A stretch of DNA of 63,580 nucleotides, counting the filler, from Conidiobolus incongruus B7586 (lineage: Eukaryota): assembly GCA_000697335.1 (NCBI GenBank). It is 7 parts of 7 records of this genome, joined end to end, with 100 filler letters (N's around TTAATTAATTAA, not from the genome) between each part and the next. Parts side by side here need not be neighbours in the genome. Positions count along the whole stretch, not along the records: positions 1 to 17,632 come from JNEM01006975.1; 6 more parts are not named here. The stretch is one strand, 5' to 3'. The translations under genes and the position numbers were made by a program. Below, piece by piece: positions 1 through 11,388 of this stretch. The notes below the pieces were generated by a model, which made no database searches, was not told the DNA's origin, and was given only the letters and a program-made list of their open reading frames with translations. Position 1 is the first letter of the stretch. Each line of letters begins with the position of its first letter.

Positions 1-66
1 TTTAATTTCCAATTTTTCAAACATATTATTAGTTTGAAATAAATAAATATATACAAAGTTAATAGG

Positions 67-112
<46 letters not shown>

Positions 113-1289
113 TTTTTTTTGATTAAAAAATTAACTTTTTAAAACTGGTTGTTTAATTTAATCATGCTTAAACCAAATAATGATCATCAAAAGTTTTTTA
201 TTTTGGTATCAGTAAAACTTAACCATAAACCCTCTAAAATTATTTAAAATTTACAAGTAGCTTTTGATAATGAAGTATTATCTAAATCAACAATTTATTA
301 CTAGGTAAATAACTTTAAAGCTAAGAGAGAAACTATTCAAAACCTGTTAAAATCTAGAAAACTAACTTCAACTATCACTCTTTCAATTATAAATAGAGTG
401 AAAAAATATATTGAAAAGCACCTTTTTATTTCAGCTAGAGAATTATCTAAGCACTTTAATATTAGTCTTACAAGTATTTTATATATTTTAAAGTTTAAAC
501 TAAAATTAATAAATAAAAATGTAAAATAGATATCTTATAATTTAACTAAAGTTCAAAAAAAAGCTAGAGTAGCTATTGCTAAACAAAACCTATTGAAATA
601 TTACCAGAAGCTTAAATTTTACAGTGAATAATTACAATTGATGAATCTTAAATCTTTATGTATAATCCTTTACCAAAACACAAATCAAAATGCTGGATTA
701 AGTTAAATCAACCCCCTCTATAAATCCCTTTAAACATTTTGTTAATAAGCAAATGTTAATTATTGTAATAAATTATAATAGTATATGCTATTCTTATTTA
801 GTTCCTGAAGGAAAATCAATTAATAATAAACTATATATTGCTTTTTTAAATAAAAGTATTTCTAATTAGTGTTCTCAATATAATTTGAGAAAACCTATTA
901 TTTTGCATGATAATTGAAAAATACATAAATCTAAAGCTGTAAAAAACTTTCTAATTAAAAATAACTGGAAAGAACTACCACATCCAGTATATTCTTTTGA
1001 TTATAACTTATGTAATTATAATTACTTTAGGTAATTAAAAAACCAGCTTGCAAGAAAAAAAATTTTTGCAGGAAAATTTAATTGGTTTGTGAAACATTAA
1101 ATTTCAATCTTTAATAAAAAGAATTGTTTTTTAGGTATTAGAAGTTTGCTAAAAGTATAGCAAAAAGTTATTAATAATAAAAGAAACTATTAAATTTATG
1201 TTATATATTTATTTTTATATATTATATATTCAAATGTTTATTTATTTTTAATTGCAAAAAATTCCTATTATTAAAAATACAGAGTAATA
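1..1289 (+). mobile_element. Degenerate mariner (DD34D) DNA transposon; transposase pseudogene at about 164..1193; 5' TIR lies outside the window
   Basis: Translation from ATG164 gives MLKPNNDHQKFFILVSVKLNHKPSKII*NLQVAFDNEVLSKSTIYY*VNNFKAKRETIQ (mariner HTH). Later segments read IITIDES*IFMYN (first catalytic D), ILHDN and HPVYSFDYNL, ending at TAA 1193. Stops fall at expected W/Q codons. The 3' end ...aaaaatacagagtaa|TA (1287-1289) matches the copies at 61.6 and 62.3 kb. Confidence 0.9.
71..109. repeat. (TA)n microsatellite inside the mariner 5' UTR
   Basis: Direct reading. The same flank (aataggaaattata...) precedes the (TA)n at about 30914. Confidence 0.9.
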
Positions 1290-1309
1290 TTTATATTTTT
1301 ACTAATAGT

Positions 1310-1520
1310 TTAATTAATATTTAATGAAATAAACTTAAATTAAATAATTAAAACTTATTATATTTATTGATAATATAAATTATTAAATGATAATATTATT
1401 TATTAATTAGCTAAAATATCAACCCTTAAATTTTACTTAAGGTAAGTGATAAATTTATAAGTTTTTAGTGATAAAAAAAATAAAACTTAATATATTTATC
1501 TTTAGCTTTTCTTTCTTTAA
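1310..1520 (+). mobile_element. Eroded 5' region of a Tc1-like element (same family as 31226-31728)
   Basis: Shares 'aaattttacttaaggtaagtgataaatttataagttt...aaaactta' with 31400-31470 'aaatttaaccaaggtaagttataaatttgtaagttt...aaaactta'. Confidence 0.5.
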
Positions 1521-1858
1521 ATTTGTAAGATATAGAATTAATTAACTTTTTATACTAAAAGGTAGTTAATTTTGTTTTATATTTCTTAAATATATTTTTA
1601 AAGTAAATTTAAATTTTTTATTAGGTGAAAAGTTTTAATAACTTTTTTTAACTAATTTTAAAGATATTTAATTATATTAAAGTTAAATGATTAAAAAATT
1701 ATTTTATAGTTATTATTTTATTATTTTTAGGTTATTTGGTAATAAAAGTTATAATATAAAAAAAGATATTATCTTATTAGAAAATAATATTAGATTTTAT
1801 TTAACTTATATTATTTCATATTTTTTTTTAATTTGTAAGTATAGTGGTAGTTAAACTA

Positions 1859-2232
1859 ATATAGTACAGAGGAAAACTTAATATAAAAGTAGTGTGGTGC
1901 AGAATGTGGTAATATAATGTGGCTGTAGTGTGCAAGTGTAAACAAAGTTTAATTAAGCTTTGAACTAGGATGAGTCACTGATATATTAAGATTTATATTA
2001 GGTAGTGCTAATATCCTACAATATTGACAAAATATAGTCTTAATCTTAGAAATAGTGTAAAAGTAAAAAATAGTAAGAATTGAGAGGAAAAAGAAGAGCC
2101 TAGTTTATTAGATAATTTAATGCTATTTATACAATTAATTTAACTATATAAGTATAAATTAATCATATAATTTATAGTTAATTGGATTATATGAAAGTGT
2201 ATATAAGAATTTAGAGAACTAGTCTCTTAACA
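1859..2232 (-). repeat. ~370-bp LTR-like repeat, copy A (inverted relative to 4338-4697)
   Basis: The reverse complement starts TGTTAAGAGACTAGTTCTC and aligns along its length with 4338-4697, including 'atatatcagtgactcatc', 'aagcttaattaaactttgttta' and 'acactacttttatattaagttttcctct'. Confidence 0.8.
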
Positions 2233-2899
2233 CAATTTATTTTTAAAATACTTAAATTTATCTCAATATTAATTCCCCTATTAATATTACAAGGATATCT
2301 TATATTTAAAAATAATATATATTTTTAAATAATAATTAACTTATTATTATATTTTAAAGTAAAATTAACATAATAGTTACAAAGTAGTTCTATATTTTTT
2401 TTAAAGTATTTAGCTTTTTTATCAAATTTATTAAAATATATTTTTGTTTTATTAAATTAAATAACTTTATTCTAATTAGTTTTAGTTTAATATTAGTAAT
2501 GACATTTAAACTCTGATTTAATTTTATAATGGGATTTTTTTAATTAAAGGTATTTTTTCTTAAGATATAAGTAATATTTATATTAATATAAAATATATAT
2601 AATAATATTAGTGTTAATTAATATTCTTGTTTAATCTTATAATTCTTATTATATTTTTATAATAATATTATATTTACCTATATTAATTAACTTATAGATA
2701 TATTTCTTATCATATTTATTTATAATTTTAACATACTTAAATTTAAATATGTTTTTATTGTTATTTTTAATAACTTTAACTATAGTAAATTAGTTAACAC
2801 TAGTAATTCTAATAATATTATAAGTTGATTTATTTTTTATATAAAATTAATTAATATATAAATAAATTTTTTTAGAGAGGGATTTAGATATAATAATAC

Positions 2900-4000
2900 T
2901 AATAAAAATATTTAATATATTTGTAAAATATTATATAAAATAATAACAAAAGAATATGGTTATATATTATTAAATATATCCCTTTATCTCAAAAAATCTA
3001 TAAATTTATGAGTTATCTTAGTTAAATATTAAAGGTTAATATTTTTACTAATAAATTACTAAGTATATTTAAATATATTTATTTATCAAATAATATATCT
3101 TAATTATATATTATAGTTTCAAATATTCTAATATAAACAATTATTTTAGTTATTAATTAAAAAATATATATTTTTGATTTTATGACTTACTTTTATAAGT
3201 TAATATATATATATTTAAGTTTAAACTTGAATTAATTAATAAAAATATAAAATAAATACCTTATAATATAACAAAAGTTTAAAAAGAAATTAAAGTAATT
3301 ATAGTTAATTTAAACTTATTAAAATATAACTAAGGATATAAATTTTTATAATAAATATATGTAATTAATAGATCTTAAATTTTTTTATATAATCTTTAAA
3401 AATAAAACAAAATATTAAGTTTAAATAAATCCTTTTTATAAATTCTAATAAATGAATATTTTAAATATAAACAAATTTTAATTATGATAATAAATTATAA
3501 TAGTATATAGTTTTTTTATTTAATATTTAAAAAAAATCAATTAATAAAAATTATAAATAATTTAATAAAATAATTCTTAAATGATATATATCTAAAATAA
3601 ATTACAAATACCTATTATTTGACATAATAATTATAAAATATAAAAAGTTAAAGCTATAAAAGATTTTTGATATAAAAAACCACACAATGTTATTATATTT
3701 AATATATTTACTTTTATTATAACATATATAATTATAATTTTTTAAAAAATTGAAAAATTAGTTTATAGGAAAGAAATTGCTTTAACTAAATTAAATTAGT
3801 TAGTAAAATATTTAATTTTAGTCCTTAATAAAAAAACAATGTTTTAAATATTAAAAGCTTACCAAAAGTATAGAAAAAAATTGTTAATAATAATAGAGAA
3901 TATTAATTTTAAATTATTTTTTAAAATTTATATATTATTTATTAATTAGTTTATTTAATTTTAATTTTAAAATTTTGTAATTATTTAATTATTACATTAA
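2900..4000 (+). mobile_element. Heavily AT-eroded mariner relic (same family as 164-1193)
   Basis: 3217-3390 translates KFKLELINKNIK*IPYNITKV*KEIKVIIVNLNLLKY...IYVINRS*IFLYN, matching KFKLKLINKNVK*ISYNLTKVQKKARVAIAKQNLLKY in copy 1. 3611 'cctattatttgacataataattataaaata' matches the LHDN region. The ORF end 'tattaa' is at about 3906. Boundaries approximate. Confidence 0.7.
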
Positions 4001-4337
4001 TAATTATAAATAAGGGTTTTTTAAATTAAAATTACTTATATCAAAAATATAAAAATTAGGAATAATAGAGTATTTTTAATGTTGAAAATATTAAACAAAT
4101 AGATTTTTCCTCTATGGATTTTTAAAATCATATAAATAATATCATAAAAAAATTAGAAATATTAAAATATTTATATTTTCCATTTGAAAAAGGATAATTC
4201 ATTTAATATATTATGGAAAAAATTATTCTAATAAAAAAATAAAATGATATATATATTCGATTGATATTTAGATATTATGATAATAATATTTTAATCTTAA
4301 GCTAAGTATATTTTAATATAGTTTTATTGAAAGAAAT

Positions 4338-4697
4338 TATTAAGAGACTAATTCTCTATATTTTTATATTAACTTTTATATAATTTAATTAACTATAAAT
4401 TATATAATTAATTTATACTTTTATAATTAATTTAATTATATAAATAATATTAAATAATCTAATAAACAAAGTTTTTTTCTCTCTCAATTCTTACTATTTC
4501 TTATTTTTATATTATTTCTAAAACTGAAACTATATTCTATTTATATTATAGTGTATTAGCATTACTTAATATCAATCTTCATATATCAGTGACTCATCTC
4601 AGTTTGAAGCTTAATTAAACTTTGTTTATCTTCCCATATTATATTATCACATTCTATGCTACACTACTTTTATATTAAGTTTTCCTCTACACTATCA
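4338..4697 (+). repeat. ~360-bp LTR-like repeat, copy B
   Basis: Begins TATTAAGAGACTA (TG>TA eroded) and ends ACTATCA. Inverted homolog of 1859-2232. Confidence 0.8.
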
Positions 4698-5085
4698 GTG
4701 ATTTTATCTTTATTCTTACAGAAATATAAATACAAACTAACAAGTTTATAAATTTAAAAAATATCTAAAAAATTATTTCAATATTTCTATTATATTGAGC
4801 TTTATTACCTAAACTAATTATACTAAATTATTTCTTTTTTTAACAATTTACTTTTATTGACTAAAATACTCTTTGTAAAATTATTATGTTTTAATAGTTT
4901 TAATTCATCTTGAAGCAATGGGAAACTATTTATTAAAAAATACAAAGAAAGGTTTGATTAGTTTGGATTTTGTTCATATTAAAATACTATTAGTACTGGA
5001 TAAATTTTGTTCAATCATACAGTGATAATCAAAAAATTAATTAATATCTCTGTGAAATTTTATTGTAATAATACATTAATAAAAT

Positions 5086-7373
5086 TTAGTGTTTTTTGAG
5101 ATTTGTTTTAATCACTTCATCCCCATCTAAAAATCTTAAATCCCAGCCTATCTTGGGACCAAGTTTGGGCAACCATTCAGCTACCGATTGGACATCCTTA
5201 TCACCTCGTCCAGAGAGACAAATAAGGACCTTTTCATCCTTGGGACGAGTTCTTGCATATTCAATAGCAGCATACACTGCGTGAGATGATTCTAAAGCGG
5301 GGATGATGCCTTCATATTGAGAAAGGAGTCTGAATCCTTGAAGAGCATCAGCATCACTGGCAGTAATGTATTGAGCTCTGTTAATATCCTTAAGATAGGA
5401 ATGTTCTGGGCCAACACCAGGATAATCGAGACCAGCACTAATAGAGTGAGTAGCAGTAATTTGGCCCTTCTTATCTTGTAAGAGATATGTTCTGGCTCCA
5501 TGGAATACACCAGGTGTTCCTCGATTCAAAGTCGCAGAGTGATGATCAGTATCAACACCATTACCAGCAGCTTCAACACCAAATAATTTAACTTCTGGGT
5601 CAGGAACAAATGGGTGAAACATACCAATAGCATTGGAACCTCCGCCAACACAAGCGAATACAGCGTTGGGAAGAGAATTAGTCTGTTCTAACATCTGTTT
5701 ACGAGATTCACGGCCAATTACGGATTGGAAGTCACGAACCATTAGAGGGAAGGGGTGGGGTCCAATGGCAGAGCCAATTAAATAGTGAGTTGTATTAACA
5801 TTTGTAACCCAGTCTCTCATTGCTTCGTTAACGGCATCCTTGAGAGTGGCACTTCCTGAATGAACGGGTACAACTTCGGCTCCCAATAATTTGATTCTGA
5901 AAACGTTTAAAGCTTGGCGGCGCATATCTTCGGCTCCCATATAAACAACACATTGTAATCCAAAGTGAGCACAGACAGTTGCAGTGGCGACACCATGTTG
6001 ACCTGCACCAGTTTCAGCAATAATCCTAGTTTTTCCTAATCTTCTTGCTAATAAGATTTGGCCCAAAGCATTATTAATTTTATGAGAACCAGTATGGTTC
6101 AAATCTTCTCTCTTGAGCCAGATTTCGGCACCCCCAGTATATTCAGTAAGCCTTTTAGCTTGGTGTAAAGATGAAGGTCTAGAGATAAATGGATAATATT
6201 GCTCAAATTCTTGAATGAAAGTGGGGTCATCCTTCAGTGCTAAATATGTACTTTCAATTTCCTCGAGGCATCCGATTAAAGTTTCAGAGACATATCTACC
6301 ACCGAAATCTCCAAATCGAGGATTTATTTGGGTAGAAGCAACGCCATTACTAGTATCAACAGCATAGCCGTTAGAATTGATATTACGAGTAAGGCTGGAA
6401 TTGGAAGAATTCTTTCCACTTAATCTGCTGGCAAACTCTTCAATCTTTTGTACTCTTTCTTCGGCATTGTCATAAGCCATCAATTCTTTAATAAGGCGTG
6501 ATCCAATCACGACACCATCTGCAATTCGCTCAATTTGAAGGAAATGATCTCTCGTGCTAACACCAAACCCAACTGCTAAGGGAAGGTCTGAACCAGAAGC
6601 TTTTACATTAGCTCTTACTCTAGAAAGATACTTTTCGAGATCAGCAGCTACTTCATCATTAGTTCCAGTGACGCCCAATCGTGAAACTATATACAAGAAA
6701 CTATCGGCAATTTTAGAGTGTTCTTGGATACGAATATCTGAAGTTGAAGGGGTAATCAATGGAATATAAGATAATTCATATTGACGACAATGACTAATAA
6801 AGGATCCTGCTTCTTCGGGTGGAAGGTCTACAATGATAAAGCCATTTACACCATATTCCTTTGATTTTTTGATAGCTAATTCTTCACCGTATTGGTAAAA
6901 GGTATTGTAGTATCCCATAAAGACGACAGGTGCTTTGAGTCCGCGTTGACGTGCTTCTGCAACGAAAGACCAGCATCGCTCTAGATCCACGTCATACTTA
7001 AGAGCTTCCTAAAGTCTATTGTGAGAAATATGTAATAAAACGGAGTATCAATAACACTTACAAAACTAGATTCTTGAATGACAGGTCCGTCGGCAGTTGG
7101 ATCAGTAAAAGGAATTCCTAATTTACTATTAGTTGCTGTTGGTATAGACAAGAAAGATTGTTACTTACCTAGTTCAATAATATCTACACCACCTCTTTCA
7201 AGTGCCAGCATAATATTAACAGTTTCGTCAGGATGGGGGTGGCCACCAGTGATGAAGCCAAGGAAAGCAGCTTTATCTAAATATCAATCAATAAAAATTC
7301 AAATAATTAATAAGTTATGTAGAATACCTTGATTTCTTTTATTTTCAAAAGTCTGTCTTAATAGTTGCGACAT
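5086..7373 (-). CDS. TRP5: Bifunctional tryptophan synthase (alpha+beta fusion). Exons 7373-7328, 7276-7169, 7117-7062, 7008-5086
   Basis: Spliced N-terminus [29 protein letters not shown]...[22 protein letters not shown] (TrpA motif). Beta domain has [15 protein letters not shown] (PLP lysine), AETGAGQHG and [13 protein letters not shown]. Three GT-AG introns of 51, 51 and 53 nt keep the frame. Confidence 0.97.
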
Positions 7374-7970
7374 TCTAAATGTCAATTAAGTATGTTTTTA
7401 ATGATTATTTAAATAATTATTAATATGAAATAATAGGGATGAAGTGCTCTTTAAATACTTCATCATCTCAAGTCATTTTCAATAAATGATCCTTTCAATC
7501 ATAAGACCCGTATAAATTTCCCTATTTAGTAATTTCACCGATTTCATGAAATTCAAATAGGGTAATTTTATAGAAGCTGAGTATTTGAATAAATGGTTAA
7601 ATTCGCACTATTTTCCCAATTTTCATCTCAATATTGGATAATAGTAGTTTCATCAAGTTATAAATGTTCTTTATATTAACTCAAGTAAATCTTTCAATGT
7701 TCGGCTCCGCTTTGTTATATTTCTTTGTTACTATTTAAGTATATTTCAATTGGTTTATCTATTTATAGAAAGCATAAAGTTTATAATGGACTATATCTCA
7801 TATTATAATATTGTATTTTCTTTGTTAGAGGAATGGATATCAAAAATATTTAATTTTATTCTTTATTTTAAAGGTATATTTATTATAACGATTTTATAAA
7901 TTCCTATTATTATTGAATTGATCTATTTTGAGCAATTTTGGAAATTTTCATCCAAAAATCAATAAATCAA

Positions 7971-8003
<33 letters not shown>
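7971..8003. repeat. (ATT)n microsatellite
   Basis: About 11 perfect ATT units read directly. Confidence 0.9.
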
Positions 8004-8006
<3 letters not shown>

Positions 8007-9649
8007 ATTTTAAGATAAAAAAACTGAATTTAATAGGGATATTAATTGAATTTCAATTTTGAAATTTACTATAATACGAAAGAAAGGATTATCATATGTT
8101 ATTCAGAATTATATCATTTGGCTAGTATTACCAAAATCACCAAGTAAATGGTTAAAATATTTTTTCTATTAATATATCACTTTTAACATTATTTTACTCA
8201 TTAATATATACACTGATTCTGATTATTGCAATATATTCTGTTACAATTATTTGCTTATATTTCTAATTTAAACAATGGAGCAGCATTAATACATCATTTT
8301 TACATGTGTGAATGAGCATGATAAATCAATTAATACAATTCAATACATGATGATACATTAAATACAATAAATGAAATATTCATTAAAATCATTGAACTCA
8401 TATTCGTTGTTTTCCCAATTTCATTCTCATCCAAATAAGGAAGTGGCTAATCCAAATAGCCAATTGCAGTAAGTTAACGTGATCACTTTTCGCAAATATC
8501 ATGATGCAATGTCAACCAATTATACACAGTATCATGATATAAGATCTTTGAATCTGAAAGTTCATCAAATTATACCTTGGCTTCTAAAATATAATCATAA
8601 AGTTATTAAAGCTTAGTAAATTTTATTTATATATATTATATAAGCAATTTAAAATCTTTTAAGAACTGCTTTTTCAACTTAACCACTCTAGCAATCTGAT
8701 GCAATTGGATTACTAGGTGGTGAGATTATTGATAAATTGCCAGTGCTCACCAATACACCCTAGCAAGAATGTTTAGGAAGGGGTTGACTAATGTTACATC
8801 TAACCAGAATTCTGTGGTGAACTCACTATGTGAACTCCGCCAAACCTAATTGATTGTTTATAAATTGATGATATGAATATAAATTAAAAAATAATTTAAA
8901 TATAATAACTATAATAATATATTATCATCCATAATTATTAAGGTAATTTTAATTTTGTATTTATAAAATTGAATATTAAAAATAATAATACTAATATATG
9001 CTAATATTTTTATTTTTATTAAATTTTTATTTTTCAGTAAAATATACTAATATTTTAAACTTTAGATATATAATAACCTTTATATCATTAAATATTCATC
9101 TTTTTGAATATAATTATATATCCTTATTTTATAGCAATCTTTTTTATTATTTTGATAAATTTCAAGAACTCAACTTTTATTTGTTTAAATTTTTGGATAA
9201 TTGTATTTTTTAAAAATTTTTTAATTTTTCTAAAAAATAAAAATTATTAAATATTAAATTAAAAGTATATATAGATATAGTAATAGCTCAATATACTTTT
9301 AATCTAAAATATATAAGGTTCTGATTATTCTAATTAATTTTATATAATAATAATAATAATAATATATTAATATAAAAATTATATAATATTTAGGTTTCAA
9401 TTTGAAAAATATTCTGGTCATTATTTTTTTAATACTATATATAATTTTTTAATTTTTTCAAAATAATGTTTTTATTTAACTTTTATTTTATTTAAATTTA
9501 TAATATATAATATAATATTAATCCCATTATATAGTTAATTTTTTTTCTATATATTTATTTTGATTAATTTTTAATTTCTATTTTTTGATTATTCAATATA
9601 ATTCATAAATTATATTATCAAATATTATCTATATCTTATTAATAATAAT

Positions 9650-10000
9650 AAAGTTATTTTTCAATAATCTAAGTTATTGTAAATTTTGTAAATAAGAAAT
9701 ATATGTTAATTTATTTAAATTATTAGATATTATTAACATATAAGATACCTAATTTAATATTCTTTAAACTTTATTTTTTAATTTTTTTAATAATTATCTA
9801 TTTATATTTTATATTTTTGAAAATTCCTCTAATTTATAATGAGTATAAATTTCTATAATATTTAATATTTATTTATTAACTACTTGTATCTTTCTACTTA
9901 TATTTGGTTTATCTTAAATAAAACAATTATTGTTTTAAAAATATAAAAACCACTTTACACAACATCTGGGAATAATAATACCTTTATCATTTACTTGGTT
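9650..10000 (-). mobile_element. Possible eroded mariner transposase N-terminus (different subfamily)
   Basis: Minus strand reads NDKGIIIPRCCVKWFLYF*NNNCFI*DKPNISR...N*VSYML, resembling the mariner 'R.C..WF..FK.GD....DKPRSGR...WVPHEL' pattern. Very degraded. Confidence 0.4.
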
Positions 10001-10404
10001 AATAATTCTATATTACTCAAATGATTTATATACTTGATCAAAATAAAATAAAATTTTTTAAAGATTATTATTAGGCTCTTGTGATATCATTAAGAAAACA
10101 TTTTTATAATTTAAAAAGTAATAAATTTAGATTTTGCACTTAATTGATATTAGTTTTAGAAATTAACTTCCTTTTAAATTTAGTTTTACATTAATTCTAA
10201 TGAATTATAAATTTAATTAGGAAAAAAATCAATATCCAATTACTATATGACATATATATTGGAAAACTTCAGTTATTGACTGAATAGATAGCATGAGATT
10301 TTTATGATAATAATGAATTAGAATATTAAAATATAGTAAATATATAAGGTTTTATTAAAATATATAGTTTTTAAAAACAAACTAATACAGCTCATAATAT
10401 GATA

Positions 10405-11388
10405 TTATAAAAGATTATTTGAATATCTTCCATGTACAGTTAGTTGGATTCTATCATTGTCATTGTCCCCAATGACCTGAACTAAAAATGGAAACATATC
10501 TAGTAACGCTTTTTTAACAGGATCTTGAAATTGAATCAACAGCATACTATTAATGATAGGGTTAAAATTCATGAGGCATGTTGAAATAAAGTCCATTGTT
10601 GCTGATCGTGTTTTACTGGTAATTATCTCTGAATATGTGTTAAAAGTCTCTAATCCATTAGCCACCAGATATAATGTCAGTAGAAAGAGTACCTTAAATA
10701 TTATTCTATTTGATTGTCTTAAAGCCTGATCTTTTTCAACATTCAATTCTCTAATATCGTGCCAAGCCCTCTTCCTTTGAATAACAGCAATTCCAATATA
10801 TGAATAAATTGCTACTGAAAGGCTAAAAGTCATAATAATTCCGTAAGAGCATATGGTAATATAACCAATGGTATCAACCGGGGTAGACATACAGTAAATC
10901 GCAAGGTCAGCCAAGCCTACTTCATTTAAACCAGCTGATACTAAATTTATCGCATAAAAATATACGATTTCAAATATCATCAAAGATAACCAAATTATAC
11001 TAGATGGCGAGATTCTGTGGATAATTAAGAGACCTCGTTCCAAACCCATTAAACCTACAAACCAAGCTGAGATATAGGTGCTTCCGATATATAAAATATT
11101 TACTGCTGAGCAGAAGAGCCTGGAATTCACTAAGTATTCTCCATTAACTAATCCAGATATTCCCATTACAAGATACATACAAGTAGTAAAGTAATCCATT
11201 ACCAAAATCCCAAAACTTATTTTTAAATGAGGACGAGTTGATTTAGTAAATAATTTTAAGGAAGATATTAATAATATAAATGTTATGAGCATTCCGATAA
11301 CTCCAAATATCGTGTAAATGATAGCTAGCGGTGTATAGAAGTTTGGTCTATTGTTATATATAGTTATATTATTCTCTATCGCGATCAT
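10405..11388 (-). CDS. Seven-transmembrane receptor, rhodopsin/class-A-like GPCR (ORF open to 11451; MIAIENN start more likely)
   Basis: Seven hydrophobic segments. A Cys at the start of TM3 (LFCSAV), a TM3-end LERG (E/DRY-like), a Cys in the second extracellular loop (IYCMS) and an NP-containing TM7 (NFNPIIN). No introns. Confidence 0.8.
   Translation of the reverse strand: MIAIENNITIYNNRPNFYTPLAIIYTIFGVIGMLITFILLISSLKLFTKSTRPHLKISFGILVMDYFTTCMYLVMGISGLVNGEYLVNSRLFCSAVNILYIGSTYISAWFVGLMGLERGLLIIHRISPSSIIWLSLMIFEIVYFYAINLVSAGLNEVGLADLAIYCMSTPVDTIGYITICSYGIIMTFSLSVAIYSYIGIAVIQRKRAWHDIRELNVEKDQALRQSNRIIFKVLFLLTLYLVANGLETFNTYSEIITSKTRSATMDFISTCLMNFNPIINSMLLIQFQDPVKKALLDMFPFLVQVIGDNDNDRIQLTVHGRYSNNLL

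Noticed and set aside
164..1193. Possibility of stop-codon reassignment (TAA/TAG at Q/W positions)
   Set aside because: Intact genes end in TAA, TAG or TGA and have no internal stops. The less mutated copy has CAA/TGG at the comparable sites, so these are mutations.
7078..7332. Plus-strand 84-aa ORF
   Set aside because: Antisense to TRP5 exons 2-3.
8998..9213. Short F/I/L/N/Y/K-rich ORFs (also 16845, 24480, 36382, 59221, 62266)
   Set aside because: Chance ORFs in very AT-rich DNA or transposon relics; no motifs.
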